Virus record (IMG/VR): IMGVR_UViG_3300005077_000078
Location: 1-43,276 of that record
Source: a virus
Lineage: Duplodnaviria; Caudoviricetes
Direction: 5' to 3' (one strand)
DNA: 43,276 bases
Positions 35,308 through 43,276 of this stretch are shown here, one piece after another. Made by a program: the position numbers and the translations under genes. Position 1 is the first letter of the stretch. Each line of letters opens with the position of its first letter. The notes under the pieces were generated by a model. It was not told the origin of the DNA. It ran no database searches and was given only the letters and a program-made list of their open reading frames with translations.

Positions 35308-36068
35308 TGGCAATCGACAGAATGGGCGAGGTGGCCGAGTTTCTCACGTCCTTCGAGAACGGCCAGACCCACGACGCCACCCCGGTCATCGGCAACGACG
35401 TCGCGCTGCGCGGGCAGGACATCGTGGCGGCCAGCAAGATCAACGAGCTTGTGGACGCCTCGAACGCGAACGAGACGGCCATCTCCGACGAGACCGACCG
35501 TGCCACTGGAGCCGAGGAGGCCCTGGGCGACAGGGTGACCGTGCTGGAGGGGGTGTACGGGGGCGACTTCCCGGACGGCGTCACGGCCGGCGAGACCGAC
35601 CAGATCTCTGTCGGCGTGATCGACGGGTACATCACGGGGGTGGACAGGATCGACCACCTCACCATCAACGACGACAACGAGCTTGGCCCGCAGGACCTTC
35701 CGGACGACTGGGCTGGGGCGAAGGAGGACGAGATCGTGACCGTTGCCGCGGTCCAGCACTCCTACGGCCACCAGATCAACACCACCGCTACCCTCAGCGG
35801 GTCGGGAGCCGTCGTCCTGCCCGAGGCCAACTACAGGCACAAGACCATCATCATCCCCGCGGCGACGTCGATCACCAATATCACGCTGCCCGACGTCAAC
35901 ACCGTGCCGGACGGCGTCCGCTGGAGGTTCCTGAACCTGAGGTCCGGAACCGGCTCTCTCGTCACACTCTCGAACGGCGTCGAGCTTTCCACCAACGAGT
36001 GGGTGACCGTAGAGAAGCTGCTCAACGCCTACTACTGCCTCGAAAACGGATCGGTGGTGACGTCGTGA
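35307..36068 (+). CDS. Short tail fibre/spike-like protein
   Basis: SKINELVD, coiled coil ETDRATGAEEALGDRVTVLE, and C-terminal ITLPD.....G..W.F.N beta domain. Confidence 0.6.
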   Translation: MAIDRMGEVAEFLTSFENGQTHDATPVIGNDVALRGQDIVAASKINELVDASNANETAISDETDRATGAEEALGDRVTVLEGVYGGDFPDGVTAGETDQISVGVIDGYITGVDRIDHLTINDDNELGPQDLPDDWAGAKEDEIVTVAAVQHSYGHQINTTATLSGSGAVVLPEANYRHKTIIIPAATSITNITLPDVNTVPDGVRWRFLNLRSGTGSLVTLSNGVELSTNEWVTVEKLLNAYYCLENGSVVTS

Positions 36069-36373
36069 CCGAGCGGGAAGTCCAGTCGCAGTTCTTCGAG
36101 GCCACGGGGCTGCTGATCGCTAAAGTCAAGGAGATGGGCTACCAGGCGACCTGGGGCCACGCCTGGCGGTCGCCAGCCTGCGCCGTCGGCAGCAAGTCGA
36201 GCAAGCACAAGAGACGCCTCGCCGTGGACGTCAACCTGTTCCGCGACGGGGTGTACCTGGAGGGGACCGAGGACCACCGGCCGCTCGGCGAGTGGTGGGA
36301 GTCCATCGGGGGCGAGTGGGGTGGCCGGTTTGACGACGGCAACCACTACCAATGGCCGAGCAAAGGAGTCTGA
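36065..36373 (+). CDS. Endolysin, peptidase M15 family
   Basis: SKHKRRLAVDV (SxHxxxxAxD) and WGGRFDDGNHY. Confidence 0.9.
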   Translation: MTEREVQSQFFEATGLLIAKVKEMGYQATWGHAWRSPACAVGSKSSKHKRRLAVDVNLFRDGVYLEGTEDHRPLGEWWESIGGEWGGRFDDGNHYQWPSKGV

Positions 36374-36374
36374 T

Positions 36375-36701
36375 ATGGCAATGTCGTGGCTGGACTTCAT
36401 CCCGATCATCGTGGCGTTTTTGGCTGGCTGGGCCGGCAACGAGCTGGGCAGGTCGCCCCTGGTCGGCGGCGACCTCCCCGTGAACAAGGCGTCGGCCCCG
36501 GCGGCGGCGGCCATCGCCGCGGCGACCGCGGTGCAGTTCCTGGCGCAGATCCGGGGCATCCCGATCACCCCCGAGCAGATCGCCGTCGAGGGGTCGAAGG
36601 CGTGGGCCTACGCCGCCCTCATCTGGACGACGGCCAAGAACCTGATTCAGTTGGTCGGGGCGGTCCTGGCGAGCCGCAGGGCTGGCAAGGTCACACCGTG
36701 A
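36375..36701 (+). CDS. Putative holin
   Basis: 108 aa with 2-3 hydrophobic segments and a basic C-terminus. Follows the endolysin. Confidence 0.65.
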   Translation: MAMSWLDFIPIIVAFLAGWAGNELGRSPLVGGDLPVNKASAPAAAAIAAATAVQFLAQIRGIPITPEQIAVEGSKAWAYAALIWTTAKNLIQLVGAVLASRRAGKVTP

Positions 36702-36949
36702 GCCTGCTGCGCGACTGGTGGAAGGCTCTGCTGGGCTTCATCCTGGCCGTCCTGGGACTGCTGGCGCTACGGCGTCGGCAGCCCTCCTCGCCCCCAGGGC
36801 GGCCGGGACCAGCAGAGGAAGCGGCCGAGCGGCACGACGAGCGCGTCCAGGACGCCGACGACCGGCTGGTCGAGGAACTGCTGAAGCCGGGCGACCAGCG
36901 GTACCGGGACGCCGCGGACTACCTGCGCAGAAAGAGGCCCAAGCCGTGA
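36698..36949 (+). CDS. N-terminal TM protein, i-spanin-like
   Basis: WWKALLGFILAVLGLLAL followed by a charged helical tail. Lies in the lysis cassette. Confidence 0.5.
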   Translation: MSLLRDWWKALLGFILAVLGLLALRRRQPSSPPGRPGPAEEAAERHDERVQDADDRLVEELLKPGDQRYRDAADYLRRKRPKP

Positions 36950-37296
36950 GACGCACCAGGAGCCTCGTAGCGGCGTGCTGCCTGGCCGCCGCTGCCGCCG
37001 GCGCGGCCTGGGCCGATACGCCTGCCTTGGACCGCGACGTGACGTGGGAGGAGCATTCTCTCATGATCGCACAGCGGGACACCGCGACGGCGGCCTGGGC
37101 CGTGGCCGCCAGGGACGCCGAATACTGGAGATCCAAGGCCCTGTTTCACGCAGATCTCGACTCCCTGCACCAGGTTCAGGCACGGGAGTTGCTCGAGTGG
37201 AGCCTGGAAAACCAGATGAAAATTGTCAAGGCCGCCGCGCTGTCGTCGTTAGCTACTGCCGTTATTGCAGTTGCAATATTTTACGCTGTTCGATAA
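36946..37296 (+). CDS. Signal-peptide protein with C-terminal TM (spanin-like slot)
   Basis: MRRTRSLVAACCLAAAAAGAAWA/D and C-terminal LATAVIAVAIFYAVR. Confidence 0.55.
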   Translation: MRRTRSLVAACCLAAAAAGAAWADTPALDRDVTWEEHSLMIAQRDTATAAWAVAARDAEYWRSKALFHADLDSLHQVQARELLEWSLENQMKIVKAAALSSLATAVIAVAIFYAVR

Positions 37297-37303
37297 TTAT
37301 CTA

Positions 37304-37332
37304 TTGACACTCGTCTGACCAGTCGATACTCT
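37304..37332 (+). promoter_or_regulatory. Sigma70-type promoter of the recombination/replication block
   Basis: TTGACA-17 bp-TACTCT with an AT-rich upstream region. Confidence 0.7.
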
Positions 37333-37426
37333 AGGTGTACCGCGGTCCCGGTTCCCGTGCGGCATTTCGGCGGCACGGGAGGGGCGTCGGAGTCGGGCCG
37401 GGGCCGCGGCAACACCGGAGGTCACC

Positions 37427-37675
37427 ATGGAAGGATTCATCACCCCCACCCAGAGAAGCTCGCGCATCAAACGTGCCATGAAGCTTCGCGGCATGACCTA
37501 CTACGCTCTGGCGATGAAGATGGGGGTCCAAACCAACGTCGTCCAGAAGATGGTGGAGAAGCCCAGCGACCACGTCAAGGTCGGCTCCCTGATCAGGATC
37601 GCCGCGGCCCTGGGCGTCAGCGCCGGCTTCCTGATCGACCGGCGTCTCCCGGAGAAGGAGGACGACCGTGGGTAG
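37427..37675 (+). CDS. XRE-family HTH regulator (Cro/CI-like)
   Basis: IKRAMKLRGMTYYALAMKMGV and LIRIAAALGVSAGFLI. Confidence 0.85.
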   Translation: MEGFITPTQRSSRIKRAMKLRGMTYYALAMKMGVQTNVVQKMVEKPSDHVKVGSLIRIAAALGVSAGFLIDRRLPEKEDDRG

Positions 37676-38603
37676 CCCCGTCAGGATCCCCTACTCGACG
37701 CCAGAGGAGTGGCTCGCCGTCCGCAACCGCGGCATCGGCGGGAGCGACGCGGCGGCCATCCTGGGCCTGAACCGCTTCAAGTCGCCCTTGCAGGTCTACC
37801 TGGAGAAGCGCGGCGAGGCCGAGCCCGATGACCTGTCCGGGAACGAGCGGGTCTACTGGGGCAACCGGCTGGAGGCCCTGGTGGCCGACGAGTACGAGAA
37901 GCGCACCGGCCGCAAGGTCCGGCGCGTCAACGCCGTTCTCCAGCACCCCAGACACCCGTGGATGCTCGCCTCCCTGGACCGGGACGTCGTTGCCGGCGAC
38001 CGGATCCTGGAGGTCAAGACCACGGCCGGCGGCGAGGACTGGGGCGAGGAGGGGACCGACCAGGTGCCCGTCCACTACCTCATCCAGGCCATGCACTACC
38101 TCGCCGTGACCGGGGCCAGCGTCTGCGACCTCGCGGTGCTGATCTCCGGGCGCAACTTCAGGGTCTACCAGATCCTCCGCGACAACGACCTGATCGAGAC
38201 GATGATCGAGCAGGAGCAGGAGTTCTGGCAGAACGTGCAGGACGGCAACCCGCCGCCCCCGCGGTCTCTCGAGGACGTGAACCGGCTGTTCCCGCGCAGC
38301 GCCGAAGACGCCGCGGCCCTGGCCGATGCGGTCACGGAGCAGCGGTGCGCTAGCCTCGCCACGCTCATGGCGGAGTCCAAGTCCATCGAGAGCCAGATCG
38401 AGTCCCTGCGCGTGCTGATCCAGGCGGAGATCGGCACGGCCAGCACCCTGGTCAACCCGGCCGGCGAGATCCTCGCCACCTGGAAGTCGCAGAAGACCGC
38501 CCGGTTCGACACGAAGAAGTTCTCCAGGGATTACCCGATACTCGATGAGCAGTATCGCGTCACCGCCGAGTCCAGGCGGTTCCTCCTCAAAGTGAAAGGC
38601 TAG
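37668..38603 (+). CDS. yqaJ: YqaJ-like viral recombinase exonuclease
   Basis: WL..R..GIGGSDAAAILG, WGNRLE, ASLD, LEVKT and YLIQAMHYLAVTG. Confidence 0.95.
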   Translation: MGSPVRIPYSTPEEWLAVRNRGIGGSDAAAILGLNRFKSPLQVYLEKRGEAEPDDLSGNERVYWGNRLEALVADEYEKRTGRKVRRVNAVLQHPRHPWMLASLDRDVVAGDRILEVKTTAGGEDWGEEGTDQVPVHYLIQAMHYLAVTGASVCDLAVLISGRNFRVYQILRDNDLIETMIEQEQEFWQNVQDGNPPPPRSLEDVNRLFPRSAEDAAALADAVTEQRCASLATLMAESKSIESQIESLRVLIQAEIGTASTLVNPAGEILATWKSQKTARFDTKKFSRDYPILDEQYRVTAESRRFLLKVKG

Positions 38604-38606
38604 GTC

Positions 38607-39497
38607 ATGAAGGAAGACAACAAGGCTTTGGTAGAGTCGTTCGGAACCGGCAGGTCCTACGAGGCCCAGGCCGTGTCCGACGTCGCAGCGCAGCGCGAGA
38701 TGCAGGAAGTGCGCGGCATGATGCTCATCGCCAAGCAGTTCCCGCGCAACGAGCGCGACGCGCTGGACAAGATCCTCAACTCCTGCACGCGACTCACGCT
38801 CGCCAGCGGGGCCCTCTACTCGTACAGCCGCGGCGGCACCGACATCACCGGCCCGTCGATTCGGCTGGCCGAAGCCATCGCCCAGTCGTGGGGCAACCTG
38901 GTGTTCGGCGTCCGCGAACTCGAGCAGCGCAGCGGCGAGTCCACGGTCGAGGCGTTCGCGTGGGACATCGAGTCCAACACCCGCCAGAGCAAGACCTTCC
39001 AGGTCTCGCACACGCGCCACACCAAGAGGGGCTCCTACAAGCTGGAGGACCCCCGCGACATCTACGAGGCCGTCGCGAACCAGGGGGCCCGCCGCGTCCG
39101 CGCCTGCATCCTGGGGCTGATCCCCGGCGACGTGGTCGAGGCCGCGGTGAACGAGTGCGAGAAGACGATGCAGGCGTCGGCCGACCTGTCGCCGGAGAAC
39201 CTCACGAAGATGCTCGACAGGTTCAAGAAGCTGGGCGTCACGCGGGAAATGATCGAGAAGAAGATCCAGCGCCGGATCGAGTCGATCAACGCCCCGCTGT
39301 ACGTCCGCATGGGCGCGATCTACCAGTCCATGATCGACGGCATGAGCAGCGCGTCCGACTGGTTCGACACGTCCTCGCAGGAGGCGTCCACGGAGCCGGA
39401 CAAGACGCGCACCGACGCCGTCAAGGACAAGCTGAAGGCGAAGGAGCCGGAGCCGAAGTCGGCCGCCGACGCGGCCAGCGAGGCCCTGGGCGACTGA
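38607..39497 (+). CDS. Putative ssDNA-annealing recombinase partnered with YqaJ
   Basis: Adjacent to yqaJ. AKQFPRNE, GPSIRLAEAIAQSWGN and ARRVRACIL..IP family pattern. Confidence 0.6.
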   Translation: MKEDNKALVESFGTGRSYEAQAVSDVAAQREMQEVRGMMLIAKQFPRNERDALDKILNSCTRLTLASGALYSYSRGGTDITGPSIRLAEAIAQSWGNLVFGVRELEQRSGESTVEAFAWDIESNTRQSKTFQVSHTRHTKRGSYKLEDPRDIYEAVANQGARRVRACILGLIPGDVVEAAVNECEKTMQASADLSPENLTKMLDRFKKLGVTREMIEKKIQRRIESINAPLYVRMGAIYQSMIDGMSSASDWFDTSSQEASTEPDKTRTDAVKDKLKAKEPEPKSAADAASEALGD

Positions 39498-39503
39498 ACT
39501 AGT

Positions 39504-39586
39504 TCGGCGTCCGCTCCGCGCTCAAGTCGGGGCACGGAACGGTTGCAATACCGCAGCCGCCTGGCCGGGGTGGACGCGGACGCCGA
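39504..39586 (+). ncRNA. Candidate structured intergenic RNA
   Basis: 11-bp closing stem TCGGCGTCCGC/GCGGACGCCGA, extendable by TCCGC/GTGGA, with internal hairpin CGGT-TGCAAT-ACCG. Confidence 0.4.
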
Positions 39587-39607
39587 TTCAACCTTCAGGG
39601 AGGAGCC

Positions 39608-39856
39608 ATGAAGCGCACGCAGAAGATGCGGATCTTGAGCATGCTGCTCGAGGCATGCGACGACGATACTCGGGCCTGCGGGTACATCACCCCGTGGGAC
39701 GTGATCAAGGAGACCGGCTGCTACAAGCTCGCCACGCGCATCGGAGAGCTTCGCCGGGACGGCCACGCCATCTACAGCGACTGGATTACGCGGGTGAACA
39801 GGCACGGCGAGCCCGTGAAGTTCAAGGTGTACTACATGGGCAAAAAAAGTGCTTGA
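39608..39856 (+). CDS. Winged-HTH protein (HTH_39-like)
   Basis: ITPWD.....GCYKLATRIGELRRDGHAI pattern. GGAGGAG RBS. Confidence 0.75.
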   Translation: MKRTQKMRILSMLLEACDDDTRACGYITPWDVIKETGCYKLATRIGELRRDGHAIYSDWITRVNRHGEPVKFKVYYMGKKSA

Positions 39857-39880
39857 CACCCATGCCGCGCATGATAGGAT
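39853..39880 (+). promoter_or_regulatory. Sigma70-type promoter upstream of the replication initiator
   Basis: TTGACA-16 bp-TAGGAT with an extended TG and an upstream A-tract. Confidence 0.6.
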
Positions 39881-40009
39881 CGCCTTGTCGCACCAGCCGA
39901 CGCGCAGAAATCAGGTCGGCCCCCTCTTCGGTGCGTGCCGCGGCAACCCTTCGGGCCCGCGGGCTGGTCACAATCCGTTGAGGGGGCCACTCTTTTGAGG
40001 GAGCATCAA

Positions 40010-40780
40010 GTGAGGTACGGAGTCGTGAAGGACAGCTTCTGGACCGACCCGCGTGTCGAGGGGCTCACCAGCAACGCCAAGTTCGTGTTCCTGCACTTCC
40101 TTACCTGCCCTGAGATGACCATCACCGGACTCGTCACCGTGACCATCGGAGTGATAGGGTATCGATTGGGTATCGATACCCTATCCGTGAGGTCCGCCCT
40201 GGGTGAACTCGAGGAAGCCGGAGTGATCGAGTCCGACTACGACAGGATGATCTTCTGGGTCGTCAACAAGACCAAGCACGACCCTCCGAAGGGCCCGAAG
40301 CAGGTCGCCGGATGGCGCAAGTGCCTGCAACTGTGTGACTCACCGCTTAAGGATAGGGTATGGGAACGGTATCGATACCTTATCGAAGGGGTACCGATGT
40401 TCAATGATACCCCTATCATTCATCCGGATCCGGAACCGGATCCTTCTTCTGAAGAGTCTTCGACTCTTCTTGTCGCAAGGTACCTCTGCGATCAGTTGCA
40501 TGCCAGGATGCTGGCGAACAACCCGAAGTCGAGGGCCAGGATTACCGAGGCCTGGGTCAGCGACATGGAGAAGATCATTCGCATCGACGGGCGTGACCAA
40601 GTGAGCGTGCTTGGCGTGATCGACTGGTGCCAGTCCGATGACTTCTGGAAGACCAACATCCTGTCGCCGGCAACGCTTCGCAAGCAGTACGACAAGCTCA
40701 CGCTGCGCATGAACAGCAGGCCCAGGGCAACGAGCAAGGAAGCGGAGCGCAAGAAGTTCCTCGAGGGGGGCGCGAAGTGA
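40010..40780 (+). CDS. Replication initiator (lambda O / DnaD-like)
   Basis: N-terminal SFWTDPRV..LT...K..FL wHTH, HPDPEPDP linker, C-terminal IDWCQSDDFWKTNILSP..LRKQYDKL. Contains iterons. Confidence 0.85.
   Translation: MRYGVVKDSFWTDPRVEGLTSNAKFVFLHFLTCPEMTITGLVTVTIGVIGYRLGIDTLSVRSALGELEEAGVIESDYDRMIFWVVNKTKHDPPKGPKQVAGWRKCLQLCDSPLKDRVWERYRYLIEGVPMFNDTPIIHPDPEPDPSSEESSTLLVARYLCDQLHARMLANNPKSRARITEAWVSDMEKIIRIDGRDQVSVLGVIDWCQSDDFWKTNILSPATLRKQYDKLTLRMNSRPRATSKEAERKKFLEGGAK
40153..40417. repeat. Origin iterons inside the initiator gene (GATAGGGTATCGAT family)
   Basis: 14-bp perfect inverted repeat 40153-40166/40172-40185. Related copies at 40352-40361, 40368-40379 (palindrome GGTATCGATACC) and 40406-40417. 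Confidence 0.8.
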
Positions 40781-41394
40781 CCAGGGAAGAATTCTTCACG
40801 TCGTTCGAGTCGCTCTGCGACTACCACAACAAGCCGCTGAACGCTGCCGTCGCCGAGTTCTGGTACCAGCAGGTCAAGTACCGCTCCGACCACGAAGTCA
40901 AGCAGGCGTTCGACGGAGCGAAGCGATTCCACCGCGCCGGCATGATGCCGTCTCTCGAGGAGTTCCTCGCGCACCTGCCCAAGAAGCAGTACTACGGCCA
41001 CAGCAGCAACGACGACGAGCAGCCTATCGTTCTCACCGAAGCACAGAAGGCGTTCAACCTCGACTGCATGAAGGGCTTCGTAAAATTCTCGCGCTCGCAA
41101 CTGAGCAGCGACAAGAGGGTGCGGCGAGAAGGCCGCATGAAGTGGCACATGTTCTATCGTGGCGTGTGCCTGAAGCACAAACGCGCCGACCTCTACAACG
41201 AGGACTGGTGGGTTAACTGGGAACAGGAAGGGGCGAGAGATGCAGGAGAACGGACTGTCGGTCGAGAGCCTGCTGGCCCGTCAGCGCCAGCAGATCGAGG
41301 ATCTGAAGGACGAGAACCTGGCCCTGCGCGGCCAAGCGAACGCGATGATGTGGAGTACCGCGATCAACTACGCGCTGGGCCTCCTGGTGCGTGA
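40777..41394 (+). CDS. Putative helicase loader / loader inhibitor (G39P-like N-terminus)
   Basis: MTREEF...L..Y......WY......EV..A...MPSL pattern, directly after the initiator. Confidence 0.55.
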   Translation: MTREEFFTSFESLCDYHNKPLNAAVAEFWYQQVKYRSDHEVKQAFDGAKRFHRAGMMPSLEEFLAHLPKKQYYGHSSNDDEQPIVLTEAQKAFNLDCMKGFVKFSRSQLSSDKRVRREGRMKWHMFYRGVCLKHKRADLYNEDWWVNWEQEGARDAGERTVGREPAGPSAPADRGSEGREPGPARPSERDDVEYRDQLRAGPPGA

Positions 41395-41539
41395 CCAGGC
41401 GGGCGACATGTCGTACCGCGACGCGCTCAAGAGCGGCGTCGCATTCTCCCGCGAGGCGGTGCAGTTCCTGTCCGAGCAGGAGGAGATGAAGGTCCGCATG
41501 GAGGGCGAGGACGGGGCGAATCCGGCCACCGCGAACTGA
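41240..41539 (+). CDS. Hypothetical coiled-coil protein, 99 aa
   Basis: Good codon usage. Overlaps the low-complexity tail of the upstream ORF. Confidence 0.6.
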   Translation: MQENGLSVESLLARQRQQIEDLKDENLALRGQANAMMWSTAINYALGLLVRDQAGDMSYRDALKSGVAFSREAVQFLSEQEEMKVRMEGEDGANPATAN

Positions 41540-41555
41540 AGCCAGGAGCGAGCAG

Positions 41556-42047
41556 ATGCGCCAGTTCATCATCAAACACAGACGCTCGCTTCTGGTGGCC
41601 CACAGGGAGGGCCGGCTGCATCCGGCAGTAGCTGAGGCTATGGGCTTGGATCAGCCGGCCTTCCGTTGTTCAACGTGCGGGATGTGGGCCTCCACGCCGC
41701 AGGCAGCCATGAGGTGCTGCGTTGACGGCGAGGAGAACCGCCAGGCATCGACGGGGTGGCATTGCGTCGTCTGCGTGACGAAGTACGACGGCGCGCTGCT
41801 GCGGGAGATAGAGCGCGTAGCCGCCGCCGACGGAGTAAGCACGCGCACGAACATCGAGACGAAGTACGGGTTCTACCGCGGGTTCCTGGCTAAGGTGAAG
41901 CTTGGCGGGTTTCGCATCACCGACAAGCCGTACAAGGCGCTGGAGCGCATGTTCCCGGAAGGGGTGCCCGGCGTAACCATGAGCGGGGAGAGAAATCGTG
42001 GACTCGCAGGAAAAAGAAATCGAAGTGGAGATCAGGTTCACGTTTAG
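41556..42047 (+). CDS. Hypothetical protein with CxxC motifs
   Basis: AGGAG RBS. FRCSTCG...AMRCC and HCVVC suggest zinc binding. Confidence 0.55.
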   Translation: MRQFIIKHRRSLLVAHREGRLHPAVAEAMGLDQPAFRCSTCGMWASTPQAAMRCCVDGEENRQASTGWHCVVCVTKYDGALLREIERVAAADGVSTRTNIETKYGFYRGFLAKVKLGGFRITDKPYKALERMFPEGVPGVTMSGERNRGLAGKRNRSGDQVHV

Positions 42048-42228
42048 AGTGAAGACCGGACCGAAGAGCCACAAGAGATTCCTGTCCGCGGCCAGGGCCC
42101 GGAGGTTTGTGGAGAAGACTGGATCGACGCCCGTGTTGAGCGACCCCATCAACCGGCTGCGCTCGCCGAACGGCGGCAAGGCGAAGTGGGAGACGGCGAC
42201 CCTGTTCGACGTCCCGGTGCGGAGGTGA
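41998..42228 (+). CDS. Small basic hypothetical protein
   Basis: GGGGAG RBS before GTG, within a run of small + strand ORFs. Confidence 0.45.
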   Translation: MDSQEKEIEVEIRFTFRVKTGPKSHKRFLSAARARRFVEKTGSTPVLSDPINRLRSPNGGKAKWETATLFDVPVRR

Positions 42229-42232
42229 CGGC

Positions 42233-42505
42233 ATGAGGGCTGCGCTGGGAGCGGTGCTGTCGATGTTCGGCCTCATAGCCGGGCTGGCCTTCGCCAAGTT
42301 GGTCGCCGTGATGGGCCTCACTCAGTTCTTCGCAGAAAGCCTTAAGAGCCCGTACGACCCAGAAGTGATGGCGAAGTCGTCGGCGCTCGTACTTCTGAGT
42401 TTGCCGGCCGGGATGACGCTCGGGTGCTTCATTGTGACCGCTGGGCTGTTCATTTACGACGAGCGCGAAAGAGGGAGATATGGATTCCGTGACCCTGAGG
42501 AATAA
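42233..42505 (+). CDS. Two-TM membrane protein, 90 aa
   Basis: GGAGGTG RBS and two hydrophobic segments. Confidence 0.6.
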   Translation: MRAALGAVLSMFGLIAGLAFAKLVAVMGLTQFFAESLKSPYDPEVMAKSSALVLLSLPAGMTLGCFIVTAGLFIYDERERGRYGFRDPEE

Positions 42506-42980
42506 GGCGAAACTCGCCTGGGACGTGACTAGCGCCGACGGAGCGGAGATTGGCGGCACGGATGCCTATGTCACCATCACGCTGAAGTTCAAGCGGGAAA
42601 GGAAGGTGGACGATGGACACGATCATCGTGTTCATGACCTTGGCTGTCGTGGACATGCTGTGGTGGCTCCGGAAGTAGCCGCCGCAGGGGGCGACACGGA
42701 GGTCGCCCCGTCCCTCGTTGATGACGGCGGGGCGTACGTCTCTGCGAAGATCGTAGAGCAGATCAAGTCGATGAGCGGTGACACGGGGGTCGCCGCGCCG
42801 CAGCCCATCGACGGCGTAGAGCCGGTGGTGGTGGAGGCGTTCATCGACAACAGGTTCGAGTCATCTCCCTGGAATCCTGGGGGCGTTCTCGCCGTGTACA
42901 GAAAGGATGGCGGGAAAGATCGCCCATGTACCGTCGCCATCTGGCCGGGAGTGAAGAACGGGAAGAAGGTGAGGACGTGA
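42480..42980 (+). CDS. Hypothetical protein (possibly fused small ORFs)
   Basis: GGGAG RBS. The middle section overlaps an alternative 21-aa hydrophobic ORF at 42613-42678. Confidence 0.4.
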   Translation: MDSVTLRNKAKLAWDVTSADGAEIGGTDAYVTITLKFKRERKVDDGHDHRVHDLGCRGHAVVAPEVAAAGGDTEVAPSLVDDGGAYVSAKIVEQIKSMSGDTGVAAPQPIDGVEPVVVEAFIDNRFESSPWNPGGVLAVYRKDGGKDRPCTVAIWPGVKNGKKVRT

Positions 42981-43204
42981 AAATCAGCAGAGAGGCTCAG
43001 GGCATCGCGCACATAGTGGTAGCCATTCTCCAGGTTCTTATACTTGTCGCCACAATCGACAACGTGTGTAAGGCGAAAATGATCCGCAGGGAGGCGGCAG
43101 AATTAGCCGCGTTCAACCGCGGCGTCTCTGTTGGTATGGGGTCGTGGCATGACCTCAATAAGACGGATGCCGTTATGGCGGGAGGCCGAGATGAAGCGCG
43201 ATGA
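42977..43204 (+). CDS. Single-TM hypothetical protein
   Basis: GTG start with a GAGG RBS. TM segment IAHIVVAILQVLILVATI. Confidence 0.55.
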   Translation: MKISREAQGIAHIVVAILQVLILVATIDNVCKAKMIRREAAELAAFNRGVSVGMGSWHDLNKTDAVMAGGRDEAR

Positions 43205-43276
43205 GATGATTGGGAGGGCGGCGCACGACAAGTTCTTTCGGAACGATCCCGCGCCGAAGGACGAGGTCCGCAGCGA
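43191..43276 (+). CDS. 3'-truncated hypothetical protein (MKRDEMIGRAAHDKFF...)
   Basis: GGAGG RBS and open to the window end. Confidence 0.5.
   Translation, partial: MKRDEMIGRAAHDKFFRNDPAPKDEVRS

Noticed and set aside
10615-35313. Many long minus-strand and alternative-frame ORFs (e.g. 10615-12039, 16240-18072, 30408-32102, 33196-35313)
   Set aside because: They are shadow ORFs of GC3-rich real genes, have no recognisable motifs, and fully overlap well-supported + strand genes.
39504-39586. tRNA gene
   Set aside because: No TTCRA T-loop, no D-loop GG in position and no 7-bp acceptor/anticodon geometry.
1-43276. Complete circular genome or prophage att sites
   Set aside because: Both ends are mid-gene with no overlap, and no integrase, host genes or att-like repeat were seen.

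Overview
High-GC, near-complete genome of a tailed dsDNA phage with podovirus-type architecture. Both window ends cut through genes, and I see no terminal overlap, integrase, DNA polymerase, tRNA or CRISPR array. Gene order on the + strand: methyltransferase and RuvC-like resolvase; an inverted early-type island with DUF932; terS-like HTH; two signal-peptide proteins; terL, portal, scaffold and N4-gp56-type capsid; a 1545-aa signal-peptide fibre; adaptor, nozzle and GNAT-like protein; ejection proteins, including a giant polyvalent protein split by a frame break; lysis cassette; XRE, YqaJ and recombinase; a replication initiator with internal iterons; small accessory ORFs. The most unusual feature is a set of Sec-signal-peptide proteins inside the morphogenesis region. 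One has virion-fibre anchor motifs directly behind the signal peptide, plus paired cysteines and many D-(S/T)-hydrophobic motifs. This suggests, by inference only, virion appendages that are exported and matured in the periplasm. All family calls come from motif recognition by eye, not from database searches.
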